Source: Eledone cirrhosa (Eukaryota). Taken from it: 64,000 nucleotides of DNA. A program made the position numbers and the translations under genes. Positions within the stretch are counted from its first letter, which is position 1, and each line of letters opens with the position of its first letter. Shown one piece after another: positions 45,701 to 54,700 of this stretch. The notes beneath the pieces were generated by a model, which was given only the letters and a program-made list of their open reading frames with translations, was not told where the DNA came from and searched no databases. The stretch is from contig OZ024742.1 in assembly GCA_964016885.1 (NCBI GenBank), forward strand, positions 119,846,001 through 119,910,000. The letters run 5' to 3'.

Positions 45701-48700
45701 ACTACTTCAAGAGAGGCAGCCACCTCTTTCCCACTTTCTGTTTCTCTAACTCACTACACCCACCCATACGCACACAGAAGTGAATAAGAATTAATCATTT
45801 CTAAACTGAAAATACAGTTTGTTTTAAATTACTAATTAATTTATATTTTCAGTTGGTTTTTCTCAAAACCTATCAATTTTGGTAAGTAATATTCTTTTGC
45901 TAATTTCTTCAATTTTCTATTTAGTTTGCATATGTTTAAAGGGATTTGGTACAGTTTAAGTTAACTAAACTTTAAACAATAGAATCTTCTAAAATGTTTT
46001 AGAAAGAAATTGTCAGTTGTAAAACATCGTTTTCAGTGTTCATATAACAATAATGAATTTCATTCTTCTAGACAACAGGAATATAATATTTCTATTTGGT
46101 TTATACCAACTAACTAGATGTATCTTATAGCTATAATAATTAGTAGAATAATTATTCAAATTAATTATCTTATAGAAATTTAGTGTTGTTTATATCCCCA
46201 AAACATTGAGTCTGATTGCTATAGTAATGAGAACATTATGTTAATATAGTTAGTTATGAGAAAATACACTGTTGTAGGGTTTTCACATTGATTTCTCTTG
46301 TATATAGATTGAATCTTCATGTGAGATATAAAACATATATCAATGAAGCAGAAAATAATAATAGGGAAGATATAAATATTATAACCAGGTTAACATAGTT
46401 TATATTATTTATGTTTCTATAAACTTTAATGTTATGCTTACAGTATTTCTTTATTTCTTTGTATAATAAATCATTGCTTATACTCTGATCACTTTGAAAG
46501 CTAACATTTTTTTCTGGCAATAATTTTCTTTTTGGTATCGTCAGAAATATACTTACAGAAATATCCTAGCTTCATTTCCAGTTTTTTTCATTTAGAAATG
46601 AAATTTGTTTTAGTTTCAAGAAATAGATTTTGTACTAATATTGTTTTTAAATCCAACAAAATTTACAAGTAATTTTCCATGGTCTCTAGTTTTGAAGGTA
46701 AACCTTGGTAGTTTTCTTTTTCATTATTCCTGTATAACGGAATCATTATCTGTAGATGTATATTTCACTAGATAACTTGATAATGACCCTTTTCATTACA
46801 TATTTCTTGTGAATAATTTTGATAATAATCAAGAATTTGGAGGAATTTAGTGAAATAATATCCTCATTGTTAAGCTACTGTTTGGAGCATAACTTAAGAG
46901 AGTTCTTATTTAACATTATAACAGAAGGCTTTTAGATAAATGTAAACACTTTAAGATAAACAACTATACATATAGCAGAATCAAGTGTGGTTTCAGGCAG
47001 TTTGGTGTCAAAAGGTTAAAATTGGTTGTTACAGACATTAATTCTCATGCTTATCATATACTTCCAATTTGCCAAAATTGGAGTTGAGATTTTGTAAAAC
47101 AGCTTCAGTGTCATCATTTCATGACATCAAAATAATTTGTACTCATTACCATAGGGGTAAACATTAGTCATAGCTTATTTGAAACATAGCTTATGTTTTG
47201 GCACCAGTATTCCTAATGACTTTGAAGATGGCATAAAAGTCTCAACATTCCTTTTGGCTTGCTCTAAAACATTAATAGGATCTCAGGAGCATTTGGAATC
47301 ACCATAACTTATCTAGATCATGAAAATAAATAAAATAAATTACAGTGTATAAGTTTCAAGTTTTGTTTGTGAATATTTTCCTAAGTTATATTGTCAGATA
47401 TGTTTCTTAAAATATATTTGCAGAGTGTACTTTATTACAATTGTATAAATTTACAGTAGAATAACATTGCCAATATGTTTAAAATATATACATAAATAAC
47501 ATTACAAACGTATAAATAACATTATATATTGCTCGCAATTCGTTCAGAAGAACATTACAAATATAATGTCTAAATCATGTATAATAACACAATAATATAA
47601 ATTCATTGAACAAAAATGATAAAGGAAAGATAAAAAGAAGTAAAAAAAAAGTACATTTCTGTAAAAATTATCCTTGAGTAAAGTATTTACCATATATCTT
47701 TCGAAAGTATATATTGTTCTTTAAAACTATATTTAATCATCAATAATACATTTGTGTGTATCTACCATACATAATTTTCCTATTGACTCTTTTCTTCTAC
47801 TTCTAGCATATGGAGAAGAGGAAGGGGAGGCAGAAAGCTGCATAATGAACCGAACACAATTTTATTGGCCAAGTAGTACATTTAACTTTATAAGTGGTAC
47901 AGTCCCATGTGAAAACTGTACTAGGTAAGTTATATTCCTAATTAAGGACTTTTAGTTCATTTATATTTTATTGATATGTAAGATAAAGAATTAATCTGTT
48001 TGATAAACTAAGTAGTCTTGTAGAAGTTGCAAGTTGACATCAGTGTTTGACGCTCTGTCCAAGTAAAATAGTCAGTTTCATTATCTGTTGAGGGAATCAA
48101 AATAATTCTTACTTACATAACTGAAACAGGGTTTTGATCCATAGAAGTGTTTCACTATATATATTCCTAATGATATTAACTCTTATTGTCCTGTACCATA
48201 TGCAATTACATTATCAAAACATTCCGCAACAGTGCAAAACACCCCAAAAATTAATAATCTATCCACCAGTAAAGATACAATAAGTATTTGAATTAACAAA
48301 CCTATTTTTAGATATTGGCAGCACACATTTTACAGGATATTTTGAGTTAAAGACCTGTATGAAAACTTCAACTTGTCATTAGTTGTAGGTTAGATGAAAC
48401 ACTTTAAAATATTCAGCTTCACCCACCTTGAAATACTTTGCCCTTCCTTCTAGTGTAAATGTTGTCTTTCCCCCTTTAAACTAGAGGTTCTCAAACCTTT
48501 TGGGTCACCGTCCCCTCATGGCCATGTAATACTCTCATTGCCCCCCAACCCTATTTCCAGAGAGACCTGTCTACTCACAAATTGTAAATAATATATAATA
48601 AATAAAATCGTTAATTTATATATAATAAATAATATATATATTATGTATAAATAAATATATATTTTTTATTTTACTATATTTATATATAATATGTATCATT

Positions 48701-51700
48701 TGATATTTAATATACTATTATATCATCTCTACCGCCCCTTTAGGCCCCAGCGCCCCCTGGACTTTCTCAACGCCCCTCCAGGTGGTAGCGCCCACTTTGA
48801 GAACCTCTGCTTTAGAGGTTCATAAAATACTGAGATTTATCAATTGACTCATGCCTTCTGGAAATAGTTCAAGCTAAAGACATTAATAATTAAAATTGTA
48901 TCTTATAATTTATTAAAATAGTTAATAAATGTAATAAAATAAATGAAAAATGTGTCAAACAAAACTGACATAAACTGATGTCTTTACATATACAAATGGC
49001 AATTTCATAAATGGAGCTTCACTTTAATATTAAAATAATCATAGTTACAATAACTATTTCATAAGACATAACAAATTATGATTGTTTCTATTTTGTAGTA
49101 GAGAAATAAAGTTTTTTTAATATTTGTTTCATATCTTTTCTTTTATCCTTGAATTTCAAAAGCTTTGCATTGCTATTTTCTTTTCTAAATTTTAGGGAAT
49201 TTAGAGTTGTCCGTTTGTTGTATAGTAACCTGGCACTTGTTGTTACTGAACTTGAATGTGATGAATGCTCATATCCACAAATTATTCAAAAACCTTCAGA
49301 AGGTAGGCATTTCGAATATTCAGTTTGTTTAATCTTGCAATTTAACCCTTTAGCATTTAAACCGGCTATATTCGGCCAGAATTTTCTCAACTCTTTCTGT
49401 TCAAACTGGCTGTAACTGGCCACTCATGCTGATGTTAAAGTATTGTTCTCAAAATAAATAATATCAAAATCTCATAAATTCGATATTATGTGAGATAATT
49501 ATGTGAGGTAAAGCTTTTACTGTGAAAATATAATAGAAAATATAGAGTAATGTAAATGCTAAAGGGTTAAATATTTCATTTTGAGGTCTAATATGTAATA
49601 TTACTGGTCAAAACAATGTATATTTTTAGTTAATAGCTATTAAAGTAAAACATTGTGATTAATGTCAGCATTAGCAGCATATGTGACGTTGTTTTAGGAA
49701 CACTACTTGTATAACATGCCCTTCCAATCACCAACCACTTTACAGAGTGTACTGGGTGCGTTTATGTAGATCATTGAACATTAGAAAGGTTGTCACATCT
49801 TTGGCACAGCTGCTGGGCCCTCTAATTTCAATCCTTTTTGGCATGGTTTCTACAATGTAGTTGTCAATCAACTACCTTACAGGGAGTACTGGATATGTTT
49901 TTCATGGTACCAACAGTACAGAGATTGTTGGTCATTGACTTAACTGAAGAGTCCTCCTTACACTATGGGTGGTGGTGGGGGATGACAGGAAATATGTTAT
50001 GGGTGTGTGCCAAATGTGGTGGGGTGGTAGGATTAGACTGGGTGATATGTAGAAGGGTTGGAAGTCATCTCCAACAGTGTAACAGGTGCTATAGTGATAA
50101 CAGTTACTAAGAGGTTAATACTAGTGTGTGTTAAAGTTTTCAAGGTGGAGTGAGGTGGAGAAGATCCTAGATAGTGTAGATGTTAATATTTAAGAAGGGT
50201 GGAGGTGATCCTGGCTAGGTAGGAGTTGGAATATGTAGTGATGCTGAGAATAGCTACTGTAGAGGCAGGGTGATGGTGGGGTTGCATTAAAGGAGTGGGG
50301 ATCACAGTGATAGTAAGGATAGCTAGTAAGGACTGATGAGGGAAGGGGCCCATGGATGGATCAGGTCAGATCATATTGCAAGCTGGTAGGTGCATCTTCC
50401 CCAGCACAGCTCATTGTCAGTCCTCATGGTCCTTTGTTATCTCTGTTATGAGGTTCAACTTCTTAAAGCCAGACCTCATCACAGGTATTTCTGGGTCTGC
50501 TTCTTCCTCAAGTCCCATCCATTGAGATTTATCTGTATTTTATACAGTTGTCATCTGCCATGCCAGAACAGTCTTAAACATTGCATCAGATTACACGTCC
50601 ACCGTAGCATTCTTACATCAGTTCTTTCTAGCCTTTGCAGGTCTTCTGCTGTGTGTGTGTGTGTGAGGCATTTATATATCATCATCATCATCATCATCAA
50701 CGTTTAACGTCCGTGTTCCACGCTTGCATGGGTTTGGACGGGGGTAGTCCCACTTGAGGCAAGAGTGATTGTCTTGCTCGCATAGGACTGTCTGGCAGGT
50801 TTTCTATAGTTGGATGCCCTTCCTAACACCAACCACATTTACAGTGTGGGTCTGGGAGGTTTTTACCGTGTTGCCTACACGGCCACATTACAGCGTGGAC
50901 TGTGTGTTTTTTTGTCGTGACACCTACACGATCTCATTTGTTTCGGCCTCGATGGCGCGGCACCAACATAACTTTACATAGAACGGGGTGGTGTGGATGG
51001 GGTGGGGGTGGTGGTGGTGGGACGGGGTGTATTTTGTTAGAGATGCCTACTGGCTGGAGTAGGTTTTACTATATATTTAGGTAAGGCGGGTCTTCTCTGT
51101 TACTGAGTACCGCCAAAGGTCTCGGTCCAGTGACATTGTCTTGGAGAGGTGTAAGTGTGTGATGTCGGAGTTTATCAGCTCGTCCCAGGTTTTTCTAGGT
51201 CTGCCTATTCCGTGACTACCGTCTATCTTTATTGCCCTGCACTTTGTTATACAGCTATCGACTTTCATGCGCATCACGTGTCCATACCAACGTAGCCTTC
51301 TCTCGAGTAAACAACATCTGATCCCTCTTATCTCTAATTTTTTCCTTAGTTCGTTTATGCTTTGCCGTTCACGTATATTACTGTTACACATCCAGCGGAG
51401 CATGCAAGCTTCGTTCCTCTCTAGTCTGCGTATATCCTCTGCACACAATGCCCAGGTCTCACTGCCATGCAGCATTGCTGTTCGTATGCAGGCATCGTAC
51501 AACCTGCCTTTCATTTTTAGGGAGAACCCTTTAGCAGCTAATAGTGGTATAAGCTCTCTGAACTTTTTCCAACCAGTTCTGACTCTAGCTACAGTACTTT
51601 CAGAGCACCCTCCCCCACTGCTGATTTTATCGCCCAGGTAACGGAAGCTGTCCACTATTTCTATAGAACCCTCTGTGCAATTGAAAGAGCTAGTATTTTG

Positions 51701-54700
51701 TGGGCACTTGCTGCTACTTATTGCACCAGAACACCGGCCACATGTAAAATCTATGTTCTTAGTTAGCTTACCTGTGATCCCACTACATCTTTTATGCACC
51801 CATACTTTGCATTTAGGAAAGTGTAAATATGTGTGTGTATATATATATATATCATCATCATCATCATCATCCTCATTTGATGTCTGTTTCCTTGCTAGCA
51901 GGGGTTGGGTGGGTCTACATAGATCAAGTCAGTACTGAAGTGGAGCCACTGACATCCCAGCCAGATCATTTGTGTACAATCATTATTGAGTGCAGGGGTG
52001 AAGTTGTCATGTCTTTTGACACAAACTGAAGGATCCTCCTAACCCATGGTTTGGCAAGCTTTCTGTGGCTGGATGCCCTTCCTAACACCGACCACTTTAC
52101 AGTGTGTTCTGGTGCTTTAATTGTGTAGATCCCATCACTAGGGAGAGTGCCATGTCCTTGACATAACTAAAGGATCCTCACAACCCTTTGTTTGGCAAGC
52201 TTTCTATGGGTCGATGTCCTTCCTATCACCAACCACTTTACAGCATATACTGGGTGTGTTTATTGCATTGATCACCACCACTAGAGAGGTTGATGTGTAT
52301 TTGATACAGCTGAAGAGTCCTCTCAACCATTTCAGGCATGGTTTCTACAGCGAGGTGCCCTTCCTGTCATTAACTACCCATACAGAGTGTACTGGGTGCA
52401 TTTTGATGGCACCATCACTAGAGGGGTTGTTGGTCATAGACCTAACTGTAGAGCTCTCTCAGCTCTGGTGAGGGGGCAATAGGGGAGGGAGATAGGTATT
52501 AAGTTATAGGTATTTGTGAGGATGGGTAGGGGTGGCTAATTAGTATATGGGGATGTAGTGGTCTGCGGGATGTGGTCAGTATGTTGGGGGTGGGGGCATG
52601 GAGGGATAGGTAGGGTGTAGGTGTAGCTAGCTAGTGTAAGGGAAGAGAGATGTTGTGGTGTGGAGGATGTGCTTGATAGAAAGGGGGTCGTCATGGTTGA
52701 AAGATAGGAAAGGGAGTAGTGAGGTGGTAATAGGAGGTGAACAAGGGGTAGAAAGAGTAGCTACTTGGGTGAAATAGTGAGGATAACTAAGGTCTTTAGA
52801 ATGGGGTAGTAGTTAAGGAGTGGTTTTGGAAGGGGCATGGATGGTGGGTGCAGGGATGGTGAAGACAAATAGTGAGGAGTGCTAGTGGGAGTGTCTCGTG
52901 GATGGGTCAGTTCATATTGTCTGGCCCAGTCTTCATCATCACAGCATAGCACCAGCTCTGTCAATCCTTTGTCATCTCAATTGTGAGGCTTAGTTTTTTT
53001 AAGATTGCTCTTCACTACCTCATCCCATGTCTTCCTGGTTCTGTCTTTTCCTCGGATTCTAGGGATAGCTATGCATTTCTTTATGTAGCTGCTATCCTCC
53101 ATACACATCACATGTCCATACCAGCACAATCTTCTCTCCTGCACACTACATCCAATTCCCCATATACCAAGTTTTCCTCTCAGTTTACATATGCTACATC
53201 ATTCATGCAGACTAACATTACACATCCATTGGAGCATACTCATTCATTTCTCTCCAGCCTTTGCAGCTTTTCTACAATCTAGGCCCATGTTTCACTCTCA
53301 TGTAGCATTGCAGGAGGCATCATACAGTCTACCCTCACTCTGAGTGAGAAGCCCTTTGTTGTCAGCAGAGATGTTATCTCTCTAAACTTCTTCCAGCCTG
53401 TTCTGATCCTGGCTGTCACACTTTCAGTACATCCTCCCCCCATTGCTAATTTTATCTCCTAAGTAACAGAAGTTGTTGACAACTTCTAAGGAGCCTCCAT
53501 GGCAGATGAAGGAATTTATTTCACATGAGTCCTTAGTGCTTACCTCTCCTGTGCATTTACCATGTACTAAGTCTTTATTTTCCATTAATCTGGTTGCAGT
53601 CCCACTACATCTCTTGTGTGTCCATAGATTGACTGTATGTACCATATAGAATTTCTGCCCTCATTTCTGGCATATCAAACAAGGCCATTTCTCTGATGAC
53701 ATCCCCTCTTGTTTTCTTTCCTACTTATTAACACTTTTGTCTTTGCTAAGTTTAGTTTAGGCCTTTCAACTCTAGATTCTTCTTCTATGTTTGAAATGTT
53801 GTCTTTTCTATGGATTCAACTATAAGGACTAGGTCATCAGCATATAAGTGCTCCCATGGAGTGCCAGTTTTAAACTCCTTAGTGATGGCCTGAAGGACAA
53901 TGATAAACAGGAGTGGGCTGAGGACTGAGCCCTGGTGGACCCCTCCACCTCACCTGCAATTCAAATTCATCACTGTACTCATTTCCAACACTTATACTGC
54001 TGGTTGCTGCTTTATACATAGCCTGAACAGCTTTCATAAGTTATTCATCTATATCTAGCTTCCTAAGTGCCCACCAGATTATAGTGTGTGGGAACCTATC
54101 AAAGGCCTCAATATCCATAAAAGCCAGACACAATGGCTTTCTCTTAGCTAAATACCGCTCCTGTAGTTGTCTCAGTACAAAGAGAGCATCAATAGCAATC
54201 CTGCCTGGTATAACTCCAAACTACATCTCATCTAACTTGATTCTGTTCCTAATTAGTTGTGCTATAACCCTTTCAGCAATTTCCATTACCTGGTCCATCA
54301 ACTTGTGGTGTGTATGTAATCATTATTTATTTTAAATGACCAAAACAATTGTTTTATGATATACAGTGTTCTTAAGTAACAATTTGCTACGTAAATTTAT
54401 TACAAATCTTCATCCTTTAACTTCCATACATGTTTCACATTTCTTTGTCACTGTTAATTTGGATTTGTTCCTAAAAAGAGTTTACTTGTCTTCTTGTTAT
54501 TCCTGTTTATGCCTAATAATAGTATTCAGCTCATTGTATTTCAGCACCCACTTGGGTGGGGATGTGTACCCACTTGAGTGGAGGTGGGTACTCATTTGAG
54601 GGAGGTGTGTACCCATATGAGTGGAGGTGGGTACCCATTTGAGTGGAGGTGAGTCCTCACTTGAGTGGAGGTGAGTGCTCACTTGAGTGGAGATGGGTGC

